Assembly: GCF_009914755.1 (NCBI RefSeq)
Contig: NC_060939.1
DNA length: 64,000 bases
Origin: the human T2T-CHM13v2.0 reference genome, Homo sapiens
Reading direction: 5' to 3' (one strand)
In this document: positions 33,831-50,259 of the stretch, one piece after another
Position numbering within the stretch: position 1 is the stretch's first letter
How the letters are laid out: the number at the start of each line of letters is the position of its first letter
Made by a program: the position numbers and the translations under genes
Notes under the pieces: model-generated
What the model was told of the DNA's origin: nothing
Seen by the model: only the letters and a program-made list of their open reading frames with translations
The model's database searches: none

Positions 33831-34149
33831 TCAGCCATAAAAAGGAATGAAATAATGGCATTCACAGCAACCTGGATGGAATTGGAGATTACTATTCTAA
33901 GTGAAGTAACTCAGGAATGGAAAACTAAACGTCATATGTTCTCACTCATAAGTGGGAGCTAAGTTATGAGGATGCAAAGGCAGACTCAGGGGTAAGTGTG
34001 GGAGGGGGGTAAGGGATAAGACTACACACTGGGTACAGTGTACACTACTCAGGTGATGCGTGCACCAAAAACTCAGAAATCACCACTGAAGAACTTATTC
34101 ATGTAAGCAAACACCACCTGTTCCCTAAAAATTTATTGAAATAAAAAAG

Positions 34150-34295
34150 AAAAATATATGATTCTTCAAAGATTTAGTACAAAATAAAAGTAATTTTTCT
34201 ATTAATTACAGGTTGAAATAATATTTTGGATATATCCAGTTCAATAAAATACATTAGCACCATTAATTTCACTTTTTTCTACTTTTTATTTTGTT
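34150..34295. mobile_element. MER33-like hAT remnant (other part at ~31281-31308)
   Basis: TTCAAAGATTTAGTACAAAA...TTACAGGTTGAAATAATATTTTGGATATAT...ATTAATTTCAC. Confidence 0.7.
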
Positions 34296-34640
34296 TCATA
34301 ATGAAATATGCAACAAAGACAAAAATAAGTTGTTTCATTCTAAGCTTTCTGATATAAAAGCAGATTCTCATACGTATCTAAGAAAAGCAAAGCAAGTGCT
34401 ATTGGCAGGACTGGAAAAAATTAATCAACATTTTAAAACTGCTTGAAGCTTCTTTTAAATAACCATAAATTTTAAGCTCATTTAGCTCCTACTATGTACT
34501 TTTAAAATCAAACTAATAATAGAAACCTAGCCATAGTTTTCTAAATCTTGCTTATTTAGTTGAACATCGCTATAATTTGTCAAAGAAAAGCATTTCATAA
34601 AATGTGATGATGTTGTGTCTTCCCAGTCTTAAATTACAGC

Positions 34641-34951
<311 letters not shown>

Positions 34952-35080
34952 TAATTAAACTTTTTCTTCTAAATGATGTTGTCTTAATTGACTAAACAGA
35001 ATTTCCTCAATGTGAAGGAAATTAATCTACCTTTTTAAGGAGAGGTTAATGCTACTGCCATCTGGTCATCAAACACATGA

Positions 35081-35383
<303 letters not shown>

Positions 35384-35591
35384 GCTTTTGTGTTTTTAAG
35401 AAAAAAATCCATACTAATATCTTGCTAACATAAATATTCTTAGCAGAAGAAAAATAAATCCCAGAATTTATTTTTCAATACTCCAAATTTCAATAACGTC
35501 TAAAAACATTAGATAACAGTGATGTTATACAGCAAAGGGAAATCTAGCAAGGCAATTCTAACTTTAGAAAGACAAATTGGTATCTCTCAAA

Positions 35592-35727
35592 CAGCAGTCA
35601 TGCAACTTTGGTGTATATCAGAATCATCTGAAGGGCTTATTAAAAGTAGAAATGCCCAGGTTCTACCCAAAAGCAATGAAATCAGAATCTACAAGGGTGA
35701 AGTCAATATCTATAATTTTATCCCCAA
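35592..35727. mobile_element. MER5-type hAT fossil
   Basis: TATATCAGAATCATCTGAAGGGCTTATTAAAA...AAATCAGAATCT. Confidence 0.7.
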
Positions 35728-36357
35728 ATCTCAGTGGAATATCAATCCCCCTTAGACAACAAGAAGGGTATAGGAATGAACCATATGAATTCTGTCCACT
35801 ACTCAGCAAACACCTCAGAAATGTGTGGCTTAGAATAAGAGCACAGAGGGAAAAGAAGAGCAAGCCAAAGGCATTTTCTGTAGGGGATGCTACTTCCAGA
35901 TATGTGACAATACACACACATTATTTAACTGATAATTTCACTGAGCACATTCCAGGTATTTGGCCTCATTCCCTAAATTAACACGAAGTACAAAAAAATT
36001 TGAACCAACCATTAAGAAGCTTCCCATCCAACAGATTTCCATTCATAATGAATGTAGATAAGTATCACTTCCACAGAATACACACAAGCCTCTGTTTCCT
36101 AGTCTGATTACAATCTCCTATGTCTTTGGCATTTTCCCAGTATGCCTACTCTTTAAGACCTCTTCCTAACCTCTTATTCCTTCCCTATCCATCTCCTCCA
36201 TCAGAACTAACTACTCACGTGAACCTACCCTCAATAGTACCCCTTGTTACCTTATTCTACACTGGCCCAGCAAAACCCTAACCCTGGATTAATGAGATTT
36301 CTTCTTCTATATGCAACAGGGTGCTAGAGTCAACCATGCAATGCAGATTTGTCCTAC

Positions 36358-36648
36358 AATCTTAATTGTGGTAAAAATACACATCACATAAAATGTGCCA
36401 TCTTAAACATTTTTAAGTGGAAACAGTTCAGTAGCATTAAGTATATGCATATTGTCCTGCAACCAATCTCCAGGACTTTTTCACCTTGCAAAGCTGAAAC
36501 TACACTCATTAAACAACTCATTTCCCCATCTCCCCAACCCCTAGCAACCACCATTCTACTGCTTCTATCAATTTGACTTCTTCAGTACTTCATATACACG
36601 GAATCATACAGTATTTGTCTTTTTGAGGCTGGCTTATTTCACTCAATC
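36358..36648 (-). mobile_element. L1MB 3' end
   Basis: ATTGTGGTAAAATACACATCACATAAAA...CCCTAGCAACCACCATTCTAC. Confidence 0.85.
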
Positions 36649-36958
36649 CCACTACTTGTTGTCAATATCACGGTATTCCTTTTGATAGCAGTCTCATTCC
36701 TAAATCTGACTTATATCTTAACCCCAGTACACTTTTATCTTTCAACGAAAAGAACATGCTCCTTTTCTGATAACAAAAGTAATCCATGTTCAAAGCAAAA
36801 CACTTTAAAAACGCAAAGAAAAAATGTATGTGTCTTGCCATGAGACTGTGCTCTTAAGGACAAGGGCCACACCTGATTCATCTCTGGATCTCTGGCACAG
36901 TGGCAAGTACATAAAAGACACTTACATGTTTGATGATTACTTTTCCAAATATACTTCC

Positions 36959-37258
36959 TTTTTTTTTAGATGAAGTCTTGCTCTGTTGCCCAGGCTGGAG
37001 TGCAGTGGTGCAATCTCGCAATCTCGGCTGACTGCAGCTTCTGCCTCCTGGGTTTTCAAGCGATTCTCCTGCCTCAGCCCCCCAAGTAGCTGGGACCACA
37101 GGCGCACACCACCACACCCAGCTAATTTGTGTATTTTTGGTAGAGACGGGTTTCCACCATGTTGCCCAGGCTAGTTTGGAACACCGGAGCTCAAGTAAGC
37201 CACCCACCTCAGCCTCCCAAAGTGCTGGGATTACTGGCGTGAGCTACCGCACCTGGCC
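36959..37258 (-). mobile_element. AluJb/S
   Basis: Alu consensus; TSD CTTCCT. Confidence 0.95.
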
Positions 37259-38609
37259 CTTCCTCGTGTTTCAATAGGTAAATTTATGTGTGCCCTTGAT
37301 AACTGTTTAACGCTTTTCCACAAAGCAAAATTTCCATTCTCATCACTATTATTAGTTAGTAGTAGCAGTATTCAAGTATTTTAACAACACATAGCTCAAG
37401 CTCCTAGTAGATAAAGATTAATCTTCTCAGTACTGCACCTAAGCACCTAAGATAGTGCCCACCCTGAAGGAGCTCATGATCTAATTAAGAAGAAAGGCAA
37501 GTTCCAGGTGACAGACACAGACAGTAACTACTAATTCCAAAAAGAGTCTGCTGCAAATTGAGACAGTTTTTCAGAACAGGTGAGATTTAATCTCGAATTG
37601 AGAGAACAGGGAGGAGAGTGAGAGAGAGTGCATTCCTGGAAGAAGGAACTTAGGAAAAGTCAAAGAAATAAGGAAGGCACACTTGAGGTAGAGGCAGCAA
37701 TATATAGTTGGCAAAGAGGATTCTTCAAGAAAATGGAAGCCAAGAAAGTTGGAAAGGTAAGTTGGGAGCAGCCTGTGCATTGCCTTGAGATGGTGGGATA
37801 AGATATTTAAACTACATTCCACAGAGTGGCAACAAGAATATTTAGAAAACAATGACATCATGAGGGTTTGAGCATCAGAAAGGCTCATTTGGACACTTCC
37901 TTTCCTATTCTGAAGAGACAAGAATCATACTCAAAATGTAAGCACATCCACAAATCTCAAACTTTAACAAAAGAGAACAGAAGAAAACTCAGCACACATG
38001 CTAACTGACCTGGCTATATTATTATTGTCTTGTCTCTGCTCAGGCTGGAGGGAGAGATTGGGAAAAAATGGTTAGCAGCAAACCTACAGTTCATTTCTCC
38101 TTAAGAGCAGGGAGCGGAGGGTGGGGAGGGGTCTATGGAAACACTCCTAGTAAATAAAGAAAGGAGGTAGTTAACCTGGTCAATTCTCCTTGTAAACACA
38201 CTAGTGTCAGATCTCTTGACAAACAATCCAATGGTGTTTATTAGTAAGAAAGTCCCTATCGATGGATTTTAGCAGGACGTATCTAATCTGTCTAGGATTA
38301 CTTCTGGTTAACAAATTTGGAATCTTTCAATATAGGGAGTATAGCCCCTTGGAAAATATGTCACATAAGTTATGCAACCACTGGAGTACAAAGCGAAAAT
38401 GATTCCTAATGGAAACAGCTTCCTAACATACCACAGGCATTGCTTCTAAGCCCTTGTACCTTAAATCTGGGCCCACAGCATCCTAGTGCAGCTAGAGAGG
38501 ACCTGGAGAGTAGGGATGGATGGCTATCCTGTACCTGAGGACTACTCGTATTCCTGAACATTATTAGTAAACCTTGATGTAAGCTAAGGGCTGATTCTTG
38601 TGAATGTGA

Positions 38610-38920
<311 letters not shown>

Positions 38921-39650
38921 CTGATTTGACAACCTAATTCTCTATATTATCTCAGAGGCCTTCTCTTCTTACAGCTTATTTCATGAAATATGCTTTCTGC
39001 TTTACTTCTTATGCTCTTTCTTGGGTGAGGAAGGGTGTCTGTGACTCAATCCTTAGGACATCCACAATTCCCTGTAAAAAGTTCAATCAAAGTTTTATCA
39101 GGAATGAATGAATGAAAATGTTGAATTTACATCTGTTTTATAGCTATTCTAATCAGTTTCTCATGTATATGTGTATATATACACTTAATGAATATCAACT
39201 TAAAATAATACTTTATGAGTTAACCTGATTTAGAACACATATTTTAAGAATGCAAATTCATACTATAATTAGAAAGTTTTCACAAGATTAAGGCAAACTA
39301 CATTAAAATAGGATAAGCTAAGAGAGAGAGAGAGATAAGCTTGGTAATTACCATGCTTTTGTTCCATTTCAATGAAACAACCTTATTAGGTAGAAAAAAG
39401 AACTAGTAATGTAAGATTTAGCCAAACATTGTTTTACAAATTACAAAAAGGAGTAATTGTGTATTCTATCCTTGAAACATATGTTTAACTCCTATAATTT
39501 TAATAATCATATGTAACCTTACAATAGTCAAGCACATGCATTAATGAAGAGTAGTAAGTTAATTCCTCAAAGCATATTACTTGATTTATTCTGTGACTTC
39601 CAAATTACAAGACGTGGAATTGTGAGAGCCTGCAGTTACAAACGTAGAGC

Positions 39651-39866
39651 TGAGATGGGCAAACTTTCAGTAAATAGTTAAATAGTAATTACTTTAACTT
39701 TGTGGGTCACACAGTCTCTGTTGTAACTACTCAACTAGCTGCTATAGTGCAAAGGCAATCAGTCAATAAGTAAATAAATGGGTGTAGCTGTGTTCTAATA
39801 AAACTTTATTTATAAAAGTTGGCAATGAGCCATATTTGGCCCTCAAGTGGTTGTTTGCCCACCATG
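39651..39866. mobile_element. MER58A hAT MITE
   Basis: GGCAAACTTT...ACTACTCAACT...GCTGTGTTCTAATAAAACTTTATTTATAAAA...TTTGCC. Confidence 0.85.
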
Positions 39867-39871
39867 ATGTA

Positions 39872-40331
39872 CAGCATGGGTTCCCAACCCCTAGGGGTTA
39901 GGAACCAGGCCACACAGCAGGAGGTAAGTGGCAAGGCAGGGGAGAGTGAGCAAAGCTTCATCTGTATTTACAGCCACTCCCCATCCCCATTCTCACAAGA
40001 GCACAAACTCTATTGTGAACTGCACCTAAGAGGGATCCAGGTTGCTACTCCTTATGAGAATCTAATGCCTGATGATCTGTCACTATCTCCCATCACCCCC
40101 AGGTGTGACTATCTAGTTGCAGGAAAACAAGCTCAGGGCTCCCACTGATTCTACATTATGAGTTGTAAAATTATTTCACCATATATTACAATGTAATAAT
40201 AATAGAAATAAAGTGCACAATAAATGTAATGAGCTTGAATCATCCCTAAACTATCCCCCCCTTTTCTGGTCCACAGAAAAACTGTCTTCCATGAAACCAG
40301 TCTCTGGTGCCAAAAAGGTTGGGGACCACTA
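39872..40331. mobile_element. MER1A hAT-Charlie MITE
   Basis: CCTTATGAGAATCTAATGCCTGATGATCTG; end GGTGCCAAAAAGGTTGGGGACCACT. Confidence 0.9.
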
Positions 40332-40389
40332 ATGCATAGTATTTCTGTCTCCACTATTTGTTGAGTGCCTAAAGCAATCAAGGCACTCA

Positions 40390-40565
<176 letters not shown>

Positions 40566-40566
40566 T

Positions 40567-40804
40567 TATTATTTTTTTCCTGGCACGACGCAGTCTTGAC
40601 CTCCCAGGTTCAGGTGATGTTTCCACCTCAGCCTCTGAACTATAGGCATGTGCCACCAAACCGAGCTAAATTTCCTGATTTTTTTGTAGAGACAGGGTTT
40701 TGCCATGTTGCCCAGACTGGTCTTCAACACCTGGGCTCAAGCCATCCACCTGCCACAGCCTCTCAAAGTGCTGGGATTATAGGCGTGAGCCACCACACCT
40801 GGCC
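40567..40804 (-). mobile_element. AluJ with deletions
   Basis: Left monomer intact, right monomer partly deleted. Confidence 0.9.
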
Positions 40805-42713
40805 AGCACATCATTTTAAACTGCTTCATTATGATTGTCTTATACTATTTTATCAAATACGTTCATGGAGTTTTTCAAAGCATTTTGAAGTATTAAATTA
40901 TTTGAAGCATTAATTTATAGAGATGTAAGCTTTCAGAGTACCTTCTTGCTTCAACTGTAGAATATTTCATTATTATCAAGGACCCATAATTGCTGGCATT
41001 ATTTGAAGAAAGACATAGGTAATAAATAATTGAGAAAATTTGGAACCTACTCTGAATTAAATAGATAATATATGTAATTCATTATATACATATATTTTAA
41101 AATATGAATTATGTTTGCAACTGTGATTGATCAATGCAACTGACTGGTTAAACATATTTTTAGAACTCCTTTTGCCTTACCTACAAACAACCTTATGTTA
41201 CCAAATTTCGCTTTAGGAAATATTTAATTATTCATATCAAAATTAGAATTTAAACTCATTCTTTATTAAACTCTGTGTTAACTATATTGGTGTTTACATG
41301 TCTTCTGGCTTTTATTATAAAGCAACTTGATGATGGCTTCACACAAGCCCCTGTACCTTCCTCCCTATGATTCCCTAAAGCAATTACAAGAAAAAGTACC
41401 ACTTTGTCTCAACCTAACATCATTTTTTGCAAAGTCCCAGGGATAAATGATTAATGTTAGCATTAGATGGGGAGACATCTACCCCAACCTCCCTCTGATA
41501 CCTTCCTTTCTATAAGATAAAACCAGGACTGTTCATATGATACCCACAGAATTAAGATAAAATTGGTGGTCAAAGAAGGAAGTCTGGCTAAAGACTTTAG
41601 TGAAGACACTTTGGTTGAAGAAATGGGACAAATAGGGCCATTCCATGCCAATGCCAATAGTTTCCCTGGTGCTCCAGTCACTGCGGTGACAGCACTGCAA
41701 TGGTATTAGGACCCTCAGAACCATAGGCAGTGCTTTTAAGACAGGTGTGCCGGTTAATGGCTGTTAATTGCATAAGACACTTAAAAGTAATTCCTGCCCA
41801 TCAGCACGGGTGAGAGCTGATACTACTAACTAGTAAGACTGTAGTGAATGAGGTGCATTATAAAGAATTTTATCCAACAAGGTACCACAGTAAGGTTAAT
41901 TTATATGCTGATACTCTCTTTAGTGGGAGAAAGAATTTCAAATCATGGCTAGAAGTCAACTCTGAACCTACTTGAGATGGAAAGTTTTTATAATTATATT
42001 TTATTTACCTTTAAAGACTGAAATCCTATGCTTCCCTTTTTGGAGCACTGTTCTAACATGATTATTAAGAAAACATTCCTTATGTTTCATCAGACTCTTC
42101 CTGTATTATTTAAGCTATTTTCTCTTAATTATGCCTTCTCCGCAAATGAAGGTATTGGGCGATATCCTTGAAGCAACCATGTATGTGCTGTTTTTCCAAG
42201 ACGCCATTTTCATTTGTGCTAACGGTTTCAACATAGTTTTTCAGATGGCAGGGGAACATTACCAAATCACCTCTATATATCCATAAAGCATATATGGACT
42301 AAAAAATCAAAAATGTGAAAAGTATTTCCCAGAGTCTGGAAAACACAGTGCAATTAAGCAGCTATTCAATAACCTGCCCTCTCACTGCCTAACCTGTCTC
42401 AATTTTTGTGTTTTCTCCAGAACCCTATTTATGGCTCCTTTCATTCTAGCTTCTCTTCTACAAATCTTTCTCTTCTTAACTCTCCTAAAGTAGGGAAAAC
42501 AAAATACATCCCTACTAAGCATGCTGGAAAGGTCACTTTCTGGCCTTGTGAGGATTGGGATCACGGCAGCTCTATTAGGATTTGAGAGGCAGTGCAGGGG
42601 CGGTCAGGAAGTGAACCGTGGAGTCTGAGCTTTGACCCCAGTGCTACTATTTATTGACAGGTTATTTAGAATCTCCGTGCCTCAGATTTCTCCTCTTTAA
42701 AATGAAAGTAAGA

Positions 42714-43136
<423 letters not shown>

Positions 43137-43175
43137 TAGAAATAAAATAAAAATAATTTTAAAAAGAAAATAATA

Positions 43176-43563
<388 letters not shown>

Positions 43564-43732
43564 TTACCAATAATAATAATAGTTAATAATTATCAATAAT
43601 AATGATAGTTAATTCATCTCAATGATTCTCCAGTGCCAACTATATGTATAAAACACTCTAAAAAGCACTGTTTCTAACCATACTTTGCTATGATGTTCTG
43701 ATATTTCTCTACTGGAAGATACAGACTGATTG

Positions 43733-44560
43733 GAGGTAATTTACAACAAGGCTAACAGAACAAGCTTCAGGGCTCCTCACTTGCACAGGCCCCTTCCAAG
43801 GCCTTGGGAGGCCCAAGGCACATATTCACATGGTCACATGTTTCTGTAGAATTTGGAGGCCCTAGCAATGTATTACATGGTCATATATTTTTGTAGAATG
43901 TGCAAAAGAAAGATATTTTAACTGCAATCTGTTAAGAACACTTTCTTTCCATTCAAACTTCACACTTTTCCTCACGTAGGGTGGCTTTGGTGTGGCCCTG
44001 GAACCTTGGAGGGTCTAGATAAGGGGAAATTTGAGTTGGGGACATATTTAATGTGGTTTCTGTAGTGCTGGCCCTCTTGGTATAGGAATAGCTTTCTGGA
44101 ATATTCCCACTGCCCACTGTGCCAACTCAGCATCAGGACACAACAGTACAGGCTGGAGAGCTTACTGTGTGTCCTACTATGCCTGGTGATGAAGTAGGTG
44201 GGTAGTGGAGAAGAAACAGGTTTGGAATGTATAAAGAAGCTAATCCATGCGAAACTTTTCCAACCACCACGTGGGTAAAACTGTAGGCTAAAGATTCAGC
44301 TCTTTTCAACACCTTGTCAAAATGGAAGTCTCTCTGTTGAGTAAGGCAGTAAAATACTACTATTAAAGAATGTTACATAAAACTCATAATGAGCCACTAC
44401 AACAAAGACACAAACAAACTGGTTACTGACTGTTGTAAATTGAAAGATTAGTCCCTGCAAAAGAAAACTTGAAAGCTCTGAAATCTTACAGTTCATATTA
44501 TGAAAGAAACTTGAGAAAGGGATTCCTAAATTTGACAACAGAAACCTGGCCAGCAAGCTA
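43733..44560 (+). mobile_element. Zaphod/MER115 (hAT-Tip100) fossil
   Basis: AAGCTTCAGGGCTCCTCACTTGCACAGGCCCCTTCCAAGGCC matches my recall of the Zaphod left end. Confidence 0.7.
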
Positions 44561-46855
44561 AAAGAAAGCAAGGGATCAATCTCTGGCAGAGAGGGCTGTA
44601 GAGTTACTGGAAAGGTGGCCCTGGAAGTATCAGAGGTAAGGAGATACTGTGGACAGCAGACGTAAGACTGAAGAATGCCTTATGAGGACTAATTAATAGT
44701 ACAAGAGGTTGAGGCTGAGGTTGAGAAACAGTCAACAAGTAGAGTGCTCTCCAAGACGCAACTGAATGGGGGAGGCAGAGGAGGAAATAGAGCTCTATGC
44801 ATCCAAGGGTGGGCAAGGATGTATGGAGTAAGCCATCCTGACTTGATTGCCACATGAACCCAGAAGCTGACACAGAAAGGGAGCTCAGCCATCCTTCCCA
44901 GAGGGACTGCACAAGTACCAAGAGTCACAGAGAAACTAATGGGGAGGTGCTCCCAGGCAGGAAGGGCCTTTAATGCAGTAGCCCTGGGTCTAAAATCAGT
45001 CCAGATGTGTCTTCAAAAGGCACCTGCCTCATGGACAAGAATCAACATAATAACAAATAAAGCAGAATTTCTTCCTCCCCTTCCCTGATATGGTATTAAA
45101 TAATACTGTGGAATACTACCTAAGATGTTCCTACTCTAGAGATGAGAACCTCCAGCAAGGTAGTACCCATCTAATCATAACGGCCTCAAGAAACTCAAAG
45201 TGACAGTCATGTGGAACAGAATAAAAATTCTTACTAAGTTCCATAATAGTTGTATCTCTTGCTTCCTGCTTATAGAAAATTTATTCTTGGTGGGGCCTTA
45301 GAACCATGGAGTTGGAGAATGGGGTGCCTGACCTAGAATACCAAACTATGTTCAATATAAAATGTACGTGTTTTATCACCTTAGCACCTGAATCTCAGCA
45401 GTTCTTTGAGGCATTCTGCTTCCCACACACATTTGATTCCCTCCATGGTAAGTATGCTGACTGTTATCCGCTGAGGCATATAAATGTTAACCCTGTCACC
45501 CAGGAAGGCTAAAGTCATACTTCCTCAAGTCCTGACTTCATATTTTGAGTAACAATTTCAAGTGAGTTGCCCACACTGCATAGCTGTAGACAGTCTTTCA
45601 ACTGATAGGACTAGGGCCAGCCTCTGGGCCGAGGGAAAAAGAGTAAACCACTTTGTAGGACTGATGCTGGTGCCAGCCTTGTGAGCTACCCAAGTAAAAG
45701 AGGCTAGTTTACAAGGCTGCTAAATTACTAATGCTTCAAGGATTCATCGGACTTTCAACTGTTTAAACCACAAAACTAAAGCAAGAATTCTCTATCACCA
45801 TTAAAAAATTAGAATATTTCACCAAGCAACCTAAATTTGCACACAAAATGGGGGGAAAATTACTGTGACTAATTATTCTTTACTACCCTTTCCAAAGATA
45901 GATCAAAACATCTTTTAACAAATGTCAATTTAATTTTACTGCTAAAGAGAAGCAGCAGGTGATAAATGGGAAACACAGTGTCCCTAAATACACATTGAAG
46001 CAGATCAGCTTAATCTTCACATATTTAAGAAATGAAATTAATTCAGAACAAACAGGGGCATAAGGCATTAAACTACTAGGGAACTGAATAAAAAGTCTAT
46101 GATAACCGGCTGATGAAATAGAAGTATGCTCAATTATAACTGGTATAACCGCCGCTTAAAAAAATATTCCTCCAGTCCTTTCTTCATAAGTGCTACAAAT
46201 CATTCATCCAGTGGAGAAATACTAAAGGGGCCCTATAAAAGCACCAGTGTCTTGACGAACAGATTAGGAAACTGTTCTAGCATGCCATGGTAAGTCTCCA
46301 AAGCAATAGAAAAAAATTAACAAATACCTTCCATCCCTTTACACATCTTCTTCTGCCATCTTTCTCCATCCTTCTGGTCTATTGTTTCCTACTCTAAGAG
46401 TGAGCAGAACCATGTCCCAAGGAGATTTTATTATGGACCTGATTTGGGATGACATCTTGACATCTAGTCACCCAAGATAAGAAGTAAAGCATTACTCTAG
46501 TATTATTTTGAGTCCATCTAGGACAAAAAAAAAAAAATGTAATCCTTAAAGAGAGTTTATTAACTAACTACTAATTTTAGGTTCAGTTTAAGCCAAGTAA
46601 ACATCAGGTCCTAGACATAAAGAAACATGATACAAAAGAATGTGAACATGTATAAAATACTCATAAATTGTAATCCATAACTATTTTCTCAAAGACATGG
46701 AGCTAAATAATCTCTCTTCTTTTCACATAAAACAGCCTACATATACTTTCTTACGAAATCTAAAATGCTATGGGAATAGTCTGTATCCAAAATTAAGATT
46801 ATCATGTTCAATATGAAATTCAGAATGAAAAGTAATCTGTTACAATTTAAGAACT

Positions 46856-47243
<388 letters not shown>

Positions 47244-47517
47244 TTAGAATAATTAGACGTTAGTACTTTTCTTTTGTCTTTTAGAATGACTACCAACGAT
47301 GGATACGGCACAAACAATGAGGAAATTATCTATAGTCTAAATTAGAAACCATGCTCCCTTGTTAAGAAAGGCAGCTTTCAATAACAAATTTAAATATTTA
47401 ATTCTATTTATAGGATCATTTGTATGGACTTGTTTTGCACTTGTTTCAGTCAACACATAACCATCAAATTAAGGGACCTTTTAAATTTATTTATTTGCCA
47501 AAAAGAAACTATGCTGA

Positions 47518-47820
<303 letters not shown>

Positions 47821-48696
47821 TGAATATTTTCACTAAACTTATTAAAGTGTTACAACAAAATCAAGTAATTAATTTAAATTCTCTTATTTTACTTTTTTTA
47901 AAAAAATAAAGAGCTTGGTCATTAGAATTCACATAGTAAGCAGAAGGCAAGACCCAATTGATTAGAAAGATCCCTTTCTCACAGCTAGAAGTATAGTTGA
48001 TTTGCAATTGGGAAAAATAGCTCATCAGTCAAAACCATCCCCCTGATGGAAGAGAGACAGAGATGAGAGAAAGAATAAAGCATCCAGAATCCTCACATTC
48101 ATGTGGAAAGGCTTGATTCTAAGATGAGCTTGATCTCCAGGGAAGTAAATCACAATAAGCAGTATTATCCAGCATTCTATAAGGCTGGTTTGAACAGACT
48201 TCCAGCATGTAAAAGTCAGAAAATTTAGAGCATCTTATGAGGTGAAGATTGCAGACCACTAAGAGCAGCATCAGAAACTACAATCAAACTACAATGCTAA
48301 AAGAAATGAGCAGAACCTTGAAGAATAAACACACATTCTGAAAACCTTTGGTCTTTTTTTGTAACTTATACTAAATAACATATACCCAATTTGGCAAGTT
48401 CAGAACTACCATTTCCAAATCAACAAAACAGCAAGAGTCTCCATGTCCACCAGTGATTCACATGTTAACAAGTCATACAGTGATCTTGTCAGTTCTAAGT
48501 GTGTACTCCGTGGACAGTGCCATGAAGACAGACATAGTTCCCAGGACAACTCTATGTACACTGACATTACTAGGTACACGTTTTTGCAAGATTAACTCTA
48601 TGAGGAAGTTAAACTGTAACAAGAATAATACACAGTTATGAAGAAGAATAAGAAATGGTCTCCTTAAGCCAGCGTTACTTTTAAATTGTAGGTCTG

Positions 48697-49040
<344 letters not shown>

Positions 49041-49646
49041 TCAGTGGTTTGTTAAATCAATATAGTGGGTGTCAGCATTTTTAGATGAAATAAATAATAG
49101 AACACAACACTGCATGCAGTAAATGCAAGATTTATTTCATGAATCTTTTGTTTCTGGTATATGTGGGAGAAGGGTAGCAAAACAAACTGTATTTCCTATT
49201 TGGATCCCATTCAAAAATGTTTGAAAGCTACTGGCTCAAGCATTGCCTTTACAAACAGAATATACTAATCAGAGATGAAGATGAAGGGACACCTGAAAGA
49301 ATGTCCCTCCTCACACGCTGGCAGCTCCAGTATCACAAAGGTTATTATTATAGGTAGGTTACGACAACTCTGTGTCGTTAGATAAGAGTGGAATATATTC
49401 AAAAGACAGCCCTTGTCTCTCTCTGTTCTACACAAAGCTGGAGTATAATGGTCTTTCCAAAGCAGTAACAAGGTTGTAAAACTCTCAGGGAACTTGGTTA
49501 GACCTGAGTGATCTGTTCAGCTCCATATGGAGATGGAGAGAAATGAATGTGGATGCTAAACTGGACTAGATGGTATCTCCCCCTCTCTATGGAAACACTC
49601 CAATTGAATTAGGCTCAGGAAGTAAGCCAGGCCTGGCCTCCAACAA

Positions 49647-49751
<105 letters not shown>

Positions 49752-49844
49752 TGAGGCATCCTCCATTGGAGCTCCAGTCTCTTTTTCTCTCATACCCACG
49801 CACCATGCTAGGGCCTGTACAAACTGAGTTAGAAAAATAGTCTC

Positions 49845-50143
49845 AGCCGGGTGCAGTGGCACATGCCTATAATCCCAGCACTTTGGGAGGATGAGGCAGG
49901 CAGATCACCTGAGGCCGGGAGTTCAAGACCAGCCTGGCCAACATGGCAAAACCCTGTCTCTGCTAAAAATACAAAAATTAGCCAGGAGTGGTGACACACA
50001 CCTGTAATCCCAGCTACTCAGGTGGCTGAGGCACAAGAATTGCTTGAACTGGGGAGGCAGAGGTTGCAGTGAGCCAAGATTGCACCACTGCACTCTGGTT
50101 TGGGTGATGGAATGAGACTCTGTCTCACACACAGACACATACA
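49845..50143 (+). mobile_element. AluS with CA-converted tail
   Basis: Alu consensus. Confidence 0.95.
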
Positions 50144-50259
50144 AAAACGACTGGTTTGAAACAGGAATTTTCTTTGCTCAAGAAATCCCTCTGTTCTCAT
50201 TGCTGAGGCTCAATCTATTATATACTCAAATTAAGATATTATGATTAAAAAGATCTTCA

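Larger units (their letters stand above)
31313..34149 (+). mobile_element. L1PB: 5'UTR (to ~32589) fused directly to ORF2 C-terminus and 3'UTR
   Basis: L1PBa-type 5' end GATAGGAGGCAGGACTAACTTGCAGCTCCCAC; ORF2 peptide [22 protein letters not shown]; L1PB 3' end GAAATCACCACTGAAGAACTTATTCATGTAAGC. Confidence 0.92.

Noticed and set aside
33448-33962. HT/YI/CV-rich ORFs; motif-plus-spacer layout superficially like CRISPR
   Set aside because: Microsatellite translation; spacers are TA/CA runs; primate DNA with no cas genes
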